64,000 nucleotides of DNA, taken from contig JBBDJV010000018.1 in the NCBI GenBank assembly GCA_040879725.1, positions 16,748 to 80,747 of the forward strand, in the 5' to 3' direction. The translations under genes were made by a program, and so were the position numbers. This document shows positions 30,076 through 39,514 of the stretch, piece by piece (within the stretch, counting starts at the first letter, position 1; the number at the start of each line of letters is the position of its first letter). This DNA is from Minisyncoccota bacterium. Its GTDB lineage: Bacteria; Patescibacteriota; Minisyncoccia; Phycocordibacterales; GCA-2401445. The notes below the pieces were generated by a model that worked only from the letters and a program-made list of their open reading frames with translations, made no database searches and was not told where the DNA came from.

Positions 30076-31833
30076 CTATTCAGAACCCTCACCGTTATTT
30101 TGTATCGCCCACAACCGAGCGTACACTCCATTCTTTTGCAGTAACTCACCATGACTACCACGCTCAACAATACTTCCTCGCTCAAGAACAATAATCTCAT
30201 CAAAGTCCACGATTGTTGAAAGACGGTGCGCAATAACTACCGTTGTTCTTCCTTCTTTTGATAATTCACTGATCGCAGTCTGAATTACTTTTTCTGCTTT
30301 ACTATCAAGAGACGCTGTCGCTTCATCGAAAAGCAGTATGCGAGGATTTTTAAGAAGCATTCGTGCTATCGCAACGCGCTGTTTTTCACCACCGGACAAT
30401 TTCACTCCCCGCTCTCCCACAACAGTCTCATACCCTTGCGGTAGGTCATTCACAATAAACTCATGGATATGGGCGACTTTAGCTACTTGCTCAATTTCTT
30501 CTTTTGTCGCATTCGGTTTTCCGTAGCGAATATTTTCAAAAATAGTATCGTTAAATAAAGCAGTGTCCTGCGCCACGACTCCAATAACCCCTCTCAATGA
30601 TTCTTGAGTGACGTCTCGAATATCAATACCATCTATTTTTATAGAACCGCTTCGCACGTCATACAGACGAAGTAACAATTTACTAATTGTAGATTTTCCC
30701 GAGCCGGAGTAACCGACAAGCGCTACTCGTTTCTTTTCAGGGACTGAAAACGAAATATGCGAGAGCACTTCTCTCTCATTACTATACGCAAAACTTACAT
30801 CATCAAAACGAATCTCACCCTTTATATCTGTTAAGACTTTTGCGTCATCCTTATCCTTAATCGTATTTGGTACATCGAGCAATTTAAACATCTCATCCAT
30901 GTCAGCGATTGATTCTTTCAAGCGACGGTAGATAAACCCAAGGAAGGACAACGGAATGGAAATTTGCCCAAGATATGTCGTAACTAAAATCATATCTCCG
31001 ATAGTCATGCCACCTTGCAGATACTCACGCACAGCCAAAGAAAGTAGTGCGGTTAACCCAATAGCGATAATAATACCTTGCCCGCGATATATATACGCCT
31101 CCATTTTCGAAGAAGCAATGTCGCTTGTCACCCACCTCGAAAGAAAACTTCCGTATCTCTCGTGCTCATAATTCTCATTGGTAAAATATTTTACCGTTTC
31201 GTAATTTAAAAGCGCGTCGATTGACTTTCCGCTCGCTTCATCATCATACTTATTTGCAGTAAGGAGTATTTCCTGCCTTTTCTCTACCGCCCACATCGTA
31301 TACGCAACGAAAGATATGACGAATCCGAGCAGAACTGCTGTAAATGTCCAAGGAAACAAAGAAATAAACACAACAGTGATAAAGATAAGCTGGATAAGTG
31401 TTGGGACTATATTACCAGTAACAAAAAAGAGCATGGTCTCGAGACCATTTGCACCACGAGTTACCTTGCGTGATATACCACCAGTTGAACGGTCAGTGTG
31501 GAAAGAAACAGGAAGATTAATTAAATATTTAAAAATATCTAATGCAACCAAACGCTTAATATTTGTCTCAGCTGGAGCAAATATCCACGTTCGGATACCT
31601 TCCATAAACTCAGCTCCACTCTGCAAAAGAAAATACAATGCGATAAGAACAATAAGTGTTGGGATGAGTGCCTCTTTATTTTCTACAAGCGCATCAATTA
31701 TCAGCTTAAGAATATAGGGATCCGCGACAGCAATAGCTTTACCTAGTATCAAAATCAGCACGGAAAACAGTATCCGCCACTTATATACCATGACATATGG
31801 CATCAAACGCTTTACGAGACTCTTCTTATTCAT
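30076..31833 (-). CDS. ABC exporter, fused permease/ATPase (Atm1/HMT1-like)
   Basis: DALLNYETVKYF, GYSGSGKS, LSGGEKQRVAIAR, DEATASLD, IAHRLST. Confidence 0.93.
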   Translation of the reverse strand: MNKKSLVKRLMPYVMVYKWRILFSVLILILGKAIAVADPYILKLIIDALVENKEALIPTLIVLIALYFLLQSGAEFMEGIRTWIFAPAETNIKRLVALDIFKYLINLPVSFHTDRSTGGISRKVTRGANGLETMLFFVTGNIVPTLIQLIFITVVFISLFPWTFTAVLLGFVISFVAYTMWAVEKRQEILLTANKYDDEASGKSIDALLNYETVKYFTNENYEHERYGSFLSRWVTSDIASSKMEAYIYRGQGIIIAIGLTALLSLAVREYLQGGMTIGDMILVTTYLGQISIPLSFLGFIYRRLKESIADMDEMFKLLDVPNTIKDKDDAKVLTDIKGEIRFDDVSFAYSNEREVLSHISFSVPEKKRVALVGYSGSGKSTISKLLLRLYDVRSGSIKIDGIDIRDVTQESLRGVIGVVAQDTALFNDTIFENIRYGKPNATKEEIEQVAKVAHIHEFIVNDLPQGYETVVGERGVKLSGGEKQRVAIARMLLKNPRILLFDEATASLDSKAEKVIQTAISELSKEGRTTVVIAHRLSTIVDFDEIIVLERGSIVERGSHGELLQKNGVYARLWAIQNNGEGSE

Positions 31834-31928
31834 GCGAACTATTCTAGCACACCTTAATCCAAACATTTTAGAAACGGGCTAAGCTACTAGCGAAAAGGGG
31901 CACGGATATTTCGCACTTCATCACCTCT

Positions 31929-31972
31929 TTGCATTTATCTAACTTCATGCTATTATGCAAACCACTTGCATA
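31929..31972 (+). promoter_or_regulatory. Promoter and palindromic operator upstream of the Fur-family gene
   Basis: TTGCAT...TGcTATTAT; inverted repeat TATGCAA-ACCAC-TTGCATA (31954-31972) ending 2 nt before the ATG. Confidence 0.6.
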
Positions 31973-31974
31973 TT

Positions 31975-32310
31975 ATGAGAACAAACGTATACAGACAACA
32001 TATTTTGCAATTGCTCGGAGAAAACCATCTCATGAGCATGACAGAAATACAAAACGCTATTCCCAAAGCGGACTTTTCTACTATTTTCCGGAACATAGAA
32101 ACTATGGTTAAAAATGGTGAGATTAAAAAAATCTTTATTAACCACAAAGAAACGCGCTATGAATTAGCAGACCACGCACACAATCATTTTATTTGTAACG
32201 ATTGTGGTGATATTGAGTCACTTCACATTACCCTCTCCAAAACTGAATTACGCGCAAAAAATGTTTCTGACATTACCGTCCGAGGCACCTGTAATAACTG
32301 CACTAATTAA
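31975..32310 (+). CDS. Fur/Zur family metalloregulator
   Basis: STIFRN, HNHFICNDCG, GTCNNC. Confidence 0.9.
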   Translation: MRTNVYRQHILQLLGENHLMSMTEIQNAIPKADFSTIFRNIETMVKNGEIKKIFINHKETRYELADHAHNHFICNDCGDIESLHITLSKTELRAKNVSDITVRGTCNNCTN

Positions 32311-32313
32311 AGT

Positions 32314-33134
32314 ATGATTATTGGATTTTTAGGAAAAGGCGGAAGTGGAAAATCAACAGCAAGCTCGCTGTTTGCTCAAATGTTGCACTCACAAAAGCAA
32401 ACGGTTCTAGCTATTGACGCTGACTACAACATGGACATGACCTATAATCTTTTAGGTACAACTTCTCACCCAAGCCTTTTTGTGATTCTCTAAATCACCT
32501 CAAAAAAATTAATAACCTTTCGCCAGATACAGATTATCGAGAATTTTTTAATGACAAAAATCATCCGTGCTTTTCACTCTCACCAGTAGACCCGTACACA
32601 AAAAAATACTCAACAGAAACTTCATCAGGTATACGCGTTATGACTGCCGGTTCGCATACTGAGGACATACTTCATGACAAGATATGCAGTCACTCCCTTT
32701 CGACAACACTTAAGGTGTACTTGCCATTTTTAAAACTCAATAAAAATGAGTGGGTGGTTGTTGATGAAAAAGCCGGTGCTGACGCGGTAACAACGGGAAT
32801 ACCTAGTGGTTTTGATTATGCAGTTATTGTGGTTGAACCACGACCGCAAAGTATTGCGGTAGCAAAAAATATTGCGAAGTTACTTTCGTTTTACGAAACG
32901 CCAGTGCGCTACCTAGGAAATAAAATTAACACCCCTCAAGAAAAAAACGAAATAGAAAATGAAATAAACGCCAAACTTTCTGCATGCATTCCTTTTCACT
33001 CAGAGTTCCACCCGGAGTTACTAAATGACTTATCTTCACTTCTCGACACATTTACTCAAGAACCTTCTCCTTTAACAAGAAAAGAAAGAAGCTTATTGAA
33101 AGTAAAAAGAAATAAAGAATATTCAAATTATTAG
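32314..33134 (+). pseudogene. CooC/AcsF-like P-loop ATPase, frameshifted near 32461-32490
   Basis: 5' part (not in ORF track) MIIGFLGKGGSGKST...LAIDADYNMD stops at 32491; the -1 frame continues ...GIRVMTAG...CSHS...VVVDEKAGAD...GNK. Confidence 0.8.
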
Positions 33135-33238
33135 CACTTGTTTTTTAGACTGAAATTATTCAATCTAAAAAACAGTTGCAAATAAAACAACATTTCTGCT
33201 TTTGCAACTGGGAGCAGAGTTCCTTACACAAACACATT

Positions 33239-33889
33239 ATGTCATACGGTACCAAACACGAAACATACAAACCTGTAGAAGCGCACATGCTTCACACCCT
33301 CCACAAATCATACTGGCAAAATCTTGAACCAGATGAAATCCGTGCCATCTTTGATGTCATGACGGAAGGTCTTCATACCGAAACCCTTCTTTTCACTTTC
33401 ATCATTGACGCTCTGGCTCGTTTTGAATCAGGCGCAAAAGACCACGCATCGTATGGTTTTGGTGCAGGAATTCGCCTTTCAGCAGTATGTAAGAACGGAA
33501 AAGGGAAATTTCAAACCACGGAGTTGAAACTACTTCATGATGTCATTGTTGAAATGCAAATGGCAGGACGCAACTTTTTCGAACTGCAAAAGTTACTCCG
33601 AACACGATACGGCGCCACCTTTGTGCACTACCACTCATGTGGAAGTGCCATCATTTCACTTGAGCAAGTGAAAGAATTCTATGAAGTGTCTTCCTCCGAT
33701 CAGCTACTACGTACCAAGCTGGACTGGAGTGGCGCACACAATATTGTGTCATGGCAGAAACTGCTTCAGTTTGCTACCTACACCGAAGAGGAAATGGAGA
33801 TCGTGCAATCTGTATTTGCAAATGCGAAACAATGTATCGGACGACATCAGTCTCGACTAATCCAGCCGCCCACGCTTACGTACGCGTAA
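33239..33889 (+). CDS. Hypothetical protein
   Basis: 216-aa ORF followed by a hairpin terminator (33907-33931); no motif recognised. Confidence 0.65.
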   Translation: MSYGTKHETYKPVEAHMLHTLHKSYWQNLEPDEIRAIFDVMTEGLHTETLLFTFIIDALARFESGAKDHASYGFGAGIRLSAVCKNGKGKFQTTELKLLHDVIVEMQMAGRNFFELQKLLRTRYGATFVHYHSCGSAIISLEQVKEFYEVSSSDQLLRTKLDWSGAHNIVSWQKLLQFATYTEEEMEIVQSVFANAKQCIGRHQSRLIQPPTLTYA

Positions 33890-33932
33890 GCAGGACATGG
33901 TTCATGCACCCCCAATTCTTTGGGGGTGTTTT

Positions 33933-35600
33933 TTAACCCAAAAATAATCTCGCAATGCGCAGTTCTTCAAACGTGTATTCCCCTTTCAGCATTTTGTGTA
34001 CGGGAGTGAGTTTTCCATCCTTGGATTCTGAAAATGCTTTTTTTATTTTTTTCATATCGGATGCTTTTGGTTTAATACGCTTGATGTCAATTTCATGTCC
34101 TTCTTCTTTCATCTTTTCAATGTGAGTAACAATCGTTCCCATAGTCACACCACGCAATTTCGCAATATCTGCAAGTGGTAACCCCTGTTCGTACAAAGCT
34201 TTTGTCTGAAGATGTGTAGGTATTTTTTGCGGAGCTTCTTCCACAACCTTGTTTTTATTTTTCTGAATTTCCTTCTCATCCACCGTACCGCCCGAACGTT
34301 GTATAAACTCTCGATGCATTGCTTCCATTTCGTCACTCTCAAACCTTTCAATAACCTTTCTCCACTTTACCGACTCTCGCTTGAGCCAAGCGTCCACCGT
34401 TATCACTTCTTGGTTTACCTGAAGCGCCATTGTATTTATACCGGTTAATACCAACCCTTCCATAGAACGAACCCGTGACAGTGCGACATACCCTTGTCCC
34501 GGAATAAATGCCTTTGATAAATCTATCTCCGCGGCATCGAGTGTCATTCCTTGGCTTTTGTGGACAGTGATAGCCCATGCGAGTCTGAGGGGTAGTTGCG
34601 CGACCTGTGCGAGAATTTTCCCATCTTCTTCAATATTCCATGTTTCTGGATACACGGTAATTTTTTTCCCTGAAAGTGTCCGTACTATCGGCTGTCCCTC
34701 CATATTGAAATCTTCCACTATCCCAAGAGTTCCGTTCACATACCCTGCTTCAAAATTATTCTTCACAAACATAACCTGTGCATCTTTTTTCAAGAGTAGT
34801 TCCTCAGGAGCAAGTATTCCTTTTTGCAAAGCGGTTACCAGTGCCGCCTTCCCTTTTGTCTGTGCATGAAATACTTTTCCATTCCCCGGTAACTTTTCAA
34901 TCTCTTTTTCATTCAACGCATCTACGTCTATATTGTGCGTATATAGTCGAGTAGGTGTAATATCATCGGTAAATGTTTTTTTATGTTCTTGAAGAACAAC
35001 GTACGTTTCTTCTTCAATTTCCCCTTTACGCATTTCACTCAAAATCTGCCCGAGCATATCATCGCGTTCCTGACGAAACTGTTCTTCCAAATAACACACA
35101 CGCACATCCATTTTCCGCCACGCTTCCGAGTGGAAAATAAATTCCACCCGGCTCGTACCGCGAGTAATAGGAGGAAGCTGGAAAAAATCTCCTGACAACA
35201 CAACCTGCATTCCCCCGAACGGAGCTTCAGTACCACGCATTTCCCGAGCAAGCCAATCGAGAGAATTGAAAAACCGTGGAGTTATCATAGACACTTCATC
35301 TATGATCAATACCGGTGTTTCCTTAAAACGTTTTACCAGCTTTTCTTTCTGCGTTAACGCATCAATATCATACTCAGTAAGTTCTTCTTTAATCCCGATA
35401 CCTGACCATGAGTGTATAGTCATGCCTCCGATATGCGTGGCAGCAATTCCTGTTGACGCGGTAAGCCCTACTGAAACCCCTCTGTCTTTCAGGTAGTCTA
35501 TGTAGCTCTTTAAAGTATGCGTTTTACCACTTCCGGCGGGTCCGGTAAGATACACGTTCCTTCCCGCTTTTAGTATTGTAAGTGCATCATCTTGGTTCAT
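33933..35600 (-). CDS. PIF1/RecD-like helicase with C-terminal helix-turn-helix
   Basis: LTGPAGSGKT, TASTGIAA, IIDEVSM, GDFFQLPP, LAWAITVHKSQG, YVALSR. Confidence 0.93.
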   Translation of the reverse strand: MNQDDALTILKAGRNVYLTGPAGSGKTHTLKSYIDYLKDRGVSVGLTASTGIAATHIGGMTIHSWSGIGIKEELTEYDIDALTQKEKLVKRFKETPVLIIDEVSMITPRFFNSLDWLAREMRGTEAPFGGMQVVLSGDFFQLPPITRGTSRVEFIFHSEAWRKMDVRVCYLEEQFRQERDDMLGQILSEMRKGEIEEETYVVLQEHKKTFTDDITPTRLYTHNIDVDALNEKEIEKLPGNGKVFHAQTKGKAALVTALQKGILAPEELLLKKDAQVMFVKNNFEAGYVNGTLGIVEDFNMEGQPIVRTLSGKKITVYPETWNIEEDGKILAQVAQLPLRLAWAITVHKSQGMTLDAAEIDLSKAFIPGQGYVALSRVRSMEGLVLTGINTMALQVNQEVITVDAWLKRESVKWRKVIERFESDEMEAMHREFIQRSGGTVDEKEIQKNKNKVVEEAPQKIPTHLQTKALYEQGLPLADIAKLRGVTMGTIVTHIEKMKEEGHEIDIKRIKPKASDMKKIKKAFSESKDGKLTPVHKMLKGEYTFEELRIARLFLG

Positions 35601-35704
35601 GTAATCGCATTTTACCACAGAAGTACCCACCTCTGCTCGGTTTTAGTTTTGCCAAATAAAAAGCCACTTTCGTGGCTTTTTATTACCTGTGTATTCTGTT
35701 GTTT

Positions 35705-36379
35705 CTACTGCGCCGTTCTAAAAGTCCTTGGAGATGTCCACATTATGTTACCTGCGGAATCAATTGATTCTCGAACATAGTAATATGTCGTGTTCGGAAG
35801 CAATCCTTGCATAGCAACGGTGTGGTTTGTCTGATACAAAAATCCATTCCCCGCAGTTTGTGCAGAACTGTAGAGAAATGGATACGTAAGTCCATACATT
35901 ACGGTAGACCGGGAAGACTCACTGGTACCCCATGTAATTGTTGCTGAATTAGTTGTTGTACCAACTGATTCAACTGATTGAACTGGAGCATGAACGTCGT
36001 GTGTTACCCCACCAGTTTGCGAAACATTCGCCTCTCCATTAAGTCCTGAAAGCGTTTGAGGTCCGACTCTTCCATAGCCATTTGTCGTTGGGCTTCCGCT
36101 ACAGACAATGTTCATTGAGCACTGAAATCTTTCAACTGCTCGAGTGGTAAGTGAACCGTAATATCCCGTTACTAAACCTTCTGGATATAGCGACGGTTGA
36201 CTTGCAAGAAAATCTTGCAACCTGCGAACGTCATTTCCACTATCACCGCGATCCATAGATTCAGAAAACGCGACTGATTGAGCTTGTGTTGTGAGTGGCT
36301 GTAACACAAAAAGGAGAGCAACCAATGAGAGAACTAGCACCGCACCATACACAGGTATATGTGTTTGAGTACGTGTCAT
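35705..36379 (-). CDS. Secreted peptidoglycan-binding protein with FnIII-like domain
   Basis: G.DVRRLQ.FL, TGYYG.LT..AV.RFQ, GYGRVGPQT; L.PNTTYYY. Confidence 0.85.
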   Translation of the reverse strand: MTRTQTHIPVYGAVLVLSLVALLFVLQPLTTQAQSVAFSESMDRGDSGNDVRRLQDFLASQPSLYPEGLVTGYYGSLTTRAVERFQCSMNIVCSGSPTTNGYGRVGPQTLSGLNGEANVSQTGGVTHDVHAPVQSVESVGTTTNSATITWGTSESSRSTVMYGLTYPFLYSSAQTAGNGFLYQTNHTVAMQGLLPNTTYYYVRESIDSAGNIMWTSPRTFRTAQ

Positions 36380-36441
36380 ATATTTTTTTGTTAACTAATA
36401 ATCAAACCTACTATTCCAGACGCGTGAGCTCCGCAAATATT

Positions 36442-36491
36442 ACAGACAAAATAAAAAAGCGGTAGTAATACCGCTTTTTTATTTTGTCTGT
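36442..36491. terminator. Long inverted repeat / intrinsic terminator
   Basis: ACAGACAAAATAAAAAAGCGGTA-gtaa-TACCGCTTTTTTATTTTGTCTGT. Confidence 0.7.
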
Positions 36492-36503
36492 TCTGTGTCA
36501 AAT

Positions 36504-37283
36504 CTATAAATCTGTTTCTGCTTCTGATTCTGTCCGAGCTTCCATGTTTGCTTTAACCTGGGCTTGGATTGCTGTTTCGATTGACTCAAGAACCTTTGCA
36601 TATACGGAAGCATCTACTTGCGCATTCGTATTAAGTGCTGTATCAATTTTTTGTTTTAAAAGAACTTCTGACTCATCAGTAGATGCTTCTGACTTAGCGA
36701 GAAACTTCCACCATGGTCGCTTGATACGTACTTCTGACTCAACATCAGTGCCTGTTCTGTTTTCAAACATCACTTCTGCTCTACTCTTGTGTGATACCGG
36801 TATAAAACCAAATAGTTTTGATCTTTCACGGAATGTTACCACAACCTCATCTTCTTCAGCGTCAACTTCCTCTACTACTTCGTTTGAATTTACTACAAAC
36901 TGAGCGTATGCCTGGAAGTCTGCCTGTGAACGAACAGATGTACTGTTTCGTACCTCCGCGCGATTTTCCATTTCAACTCTTGTCTTATCTGAGACATTAA
37001 AACGAATCATTGAGTTTCCTCTTGTCTCTGCTTCCGTCTCAGACCGAGACTCAACTCCTGTGTTTACGTCCGCATCAATCGTTGCATCTAGACCAACCCC
37101 GTCGTTTGTTGCTGTTGCACGCGTATTGGAATTTGCATTTGTTGAAGCGCGCGTTGCAGTGCTAAGTGATGCGTCAATCGCACCATCTGCCTCTGAGACT
37201 GCATTTACCCCAATCTGCGCTGAAGCAATATTCGCGGTAAATATAAACGCACATACACCCATTATTACTGTTACTTTTTTCAT
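36504..37283 (-). CDS. Secreted protein with C-terminal GFIP...PWW domain
   Basis: Signal peptide, A/T/D-rich linker, KLFGFIPV...IKRPWW. Confidence 0.75.
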   Translation of the reverse strand: MKKVTVIMGVCAFIFTANIASAQIGVNAVSEADGAIDASLSTATRASTNANSNTRATATNDGVGLDATIDADVNTGVESRSETEAETRGNSMIRFNVSDKTRVEMENRAEVRNSTSVRSQADFQAYAQFVVNSNEVVEEVDAEEDEVVVTFRERSKLFGFIPVSHKSRAEVMFENRTGTDVESEVRIKRPWWKFLAKSEASTDESEVLLKQKIDTALNTNAQVDASVYAKVLESIETAIQAQVKANMEARTESEAETDL

Positions 37284-37354
37284 GTTACTTTTAATTCAAC
37301 TACTTAATAAAACCCTTTTCGGGTATTCTCCATGACGTGTTAAGTAAAAAAATA

Positions 37355-38329
37355 TTACAAGCTCAATTCTTCCAAAGGAATATCAGTTACAGGGGACTTG
37401 GACTCATCCGACTGAACATCAACCGGGACTTCAATAATCGCTTCCCCGCCACCTTCTTGCTCTTTAGGTTCACTAGGTTCATCTTCTTTTTTGTTTGGCA
37501 TCTCAACCTCAATTTCTACACTGTTTTCATTACCATCCTCCTTTTCGGCTACATCTCTACTTTCGCTGTTTTTCGGTTTTTCATCTTTATTTACATCCCC
37601 CTCTTCTCTGAGTACATTGTCTTCTTTTTCACCTTCTTCGTCATTGTGAAGACGAGGAAGCGTTATTGAAATTTCTTTTTCATACAATACAGCTAGCTCC
37701 GGAACCTTCATTACCACTTCGTGGTATCCCTCAATCGCATCTTGTGTTTTTTTATTCCGCACTCGAATCCCTGAAGAAGTTTCCACGAACACCTTTTCTT
37801 TTTTATCAGTTTCAGTGTATTCAGGATCACTTTCCACATGTTCATAATCAGATCCCTCTAAGTTTTGCTCGATGCGCTCTATGTGGGAAACAAACAAATC
37901 AAAATTATGCTGAACGTTCTTCTCCTCGGCAACCTTTCTCTCAACCAATATTTTTAGCTCCTCTAACCTTCGCTCCACCAATTCAAGCTCATAAGCTATT
38001 TTTGCTTGCTTTGAAACCTTTGTTAGCCTGAGAGCTGGCTCGGTAAAATTAGTTTTTACTCCATAGAGCATATCCCCCGGTAAACTCGCCTGAGCGGCGT
38101 ACGTTGTCGCTCCCGTTATAAAGAAAAGTATCAATAGAGAAACAGCAAACACTTTCCTATAAGAAAATACGCTATGCACGTACGGACTTTGTATTGCGGG
38201 CGAACCTGCAGGATGTTTATCAGCATAGGCAAAAAGCTTACCCCGTATTCTTTCTCGGGCAGATGAAGAAAGGGTGACTTTTTTATAATCCTTCCCTTCA
38301 GTATTAAATTGTTCGCTGTGTTTATTCAT
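37355..38329 (-). CDS. Putative anti-sigma factor (DUF5667-like)
   Basis: TM then A..SLPGD.LY.VK...E; RRLEE; acidic tail; overlaps the ECF sigma stop. Confidence 0.78.
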   Translation of the reverse strand: MNKHSEQFNTEGKDYKKVTLSSSARERIRGKLFAYADKHPAGSPAIQSPYVHSVFSYRKVFAVSLLILFFITGATTYAAQASLPGDMLYGVKTNFTEPALRLTKVSKQAKIAYELELVERRLEELKILVERKVAEEKNVQHNFDLFVSHIERIEQNLEGSDYEHVESDPEYTETDKKEKVFVETSSGIRVRNKKTQDAIEGYHEVVMKVPELAVLYEKEISITLPRLHNDEEGEKEDNVLREEGDVNKDEKPKNSESRDVAEKEDGNENSVEIEVEMPNKKEDEPSEPKEQEGGGEAIIEVPVDVQSDESKSPVTDIPLEELSL

Positions 38330-38822
38330 GATGGTATATTTTTCTTAATTCTCGTATACCCCTGTGACACCTCACAGCCACATTCGCCGCACTTATATTT
38401 AACAGTTTTGCAATCTCTTTCATAGAATACTCTTCAACTATTCTTAAGTATACCACTTCCTGATACTTATCTTGAAGTTTCTTAACGCATTTAAGTACTT
38501 CATTCTTTTCACTCGTGGCATATATTTCTGAATGTTCATTTCCTGAGGGCATAAATCCTTCTTCCTCTAGATAGTCAAGAGATATTGATTTTTTCTTACA
38601 GTAAAAATCGATGATAAGATTTCGAGCAATCTGAAACAAAAAGCTCTTTGTCTTATCAACCTTTTTTCCAGATGCCGTATAGTCCCAGTATTTTATGAAA
38701 ACCGTTTGTACTAAATCTTCCGCCTGTTCGATACTACCCGTCTTGAAATAGCACAATCGATATATTGTGTCAGCATGTTCAGTATATGCTTCTTCCAAAT
38801 ATTTTTTATAATCTTCTACCAT
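38322..38822 (-). CDS. ECF RNA polymerase sigma factor
   Basis: AEDLVQ.VF, FLFQIARN.IID, EIAKLL.IS..NV..R.HRG. Confidence 0.92.
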   Translation of the reverse strand: MVEDYKKYLEEAYTEHADTIYRLCYFKTGSIEQAEDLVQTVFIKYWDYTASGKKVDKTKSFLFQIARNLIIDFYCKKKSISLDYLEEEGFMPSGNEHSEIYATSEKNEVLKCVKKLQDKYQEVVYLRIVEEYSMKEIAKLLNISAANVAVRCHRGIRELRKIYHHE

Positions 38823-38870
38823 TTATGACGTTTATATAATAAATATATAACAAAAACTCCTTATTTCATA

Positions 38871-39272
38871 CTATTTCCCCATCTCGAAAATAAGCTTTTC
38901 GAGCACAGAACGGTCAATATCATCAAGAGTTTTAACTTAAAGACAGCCGACACCCAGTTTGTGTTTTCCGAGCTTCTTTAGCAAAGGGTTTTTCGCTAAC
39001 CCATACGCAAGCAAATACAAGGTCAGAGCATTTTTGCGTGAAGAAAACCCAATTTTAAACCACTCTCCAACAGCTCCATTTGAACGTGTATATATAGTAT
39101 CACCAAAACCCACAATGTCATTTCCCCACATTACTGGCTTTACCCCAACCGCTTCTTTCATTACCTTCATTACCCACCTACACTCTTCCCTTCGCTTAGG
39201 ACTCTCAATCCCCGAAAGGTATTCGGAGACAGAGTTTGTGTTTTTCTTGGTTTTAATTACGACCTTTTTCAT
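38871..39272 (-). pseudogene. DUF1801-family protein with premature in-frame TAA at 38937-38939
   Basis: MWG.DIVGFG, GFSSRK.ALTLY, LGKHK.G.GCL*VKTLDDIDRSVLEKLI; the stop sits where Tyr is expected (GCLY). Confidence 0.8.
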
Positions 39273-39321
39273 GTATTTATTATAACAAAACCCAAATCAG
39301 TATGATTTGGGTTTTGTTACT

Positions 39322-39513
39322 TTATTTAGCGGTGTGGTACAAACAACGAATACAGGTTTCCTGTCCTTCTCGTGTTTTTAAATACTTATCTCCACACGGA
39401 CACTCAAGGATTTCTGATTTTGTTTTCTTGAAAACATACTTTCCGTAATTTGATGCGTTCCGTGATGCGGAAGACTTTACGTTCGCTTTTGTGGTTGTTT
39501 TTTTAGTAGTCAT
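39322..39513 (-). CDS. Small basic zinc-ribbon-like protein
   Basis: CPCG...CIRC; immediately downstream of the DEAD-box gene and followed by a hairpin. Confidence 0.6.
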   Translation of the reverse strand: MTTKKTTTKANVKSSASRNASNYGKYVFKKTKSEILECPCGDKYLKTREGQETCIRCLYHTAK

Positions 39514-39514
39514 A

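Noticed and set aside
33173-33210. CAGTTGCAAA...TTTGCAACTG as a second Fur box
   Set aside because: The spacer is much longer than the N5 of the fur palindrome; it may be a hairpin but cannot be supported as an operator.
38937-38939. Stop-codon reassignment (code 25 or TAA readthrough)
   Set aside because: TGA, TAA and TAG all terminate well-conserved genes elsewhere; a single in-frame TAA is better explained by mutation or error.
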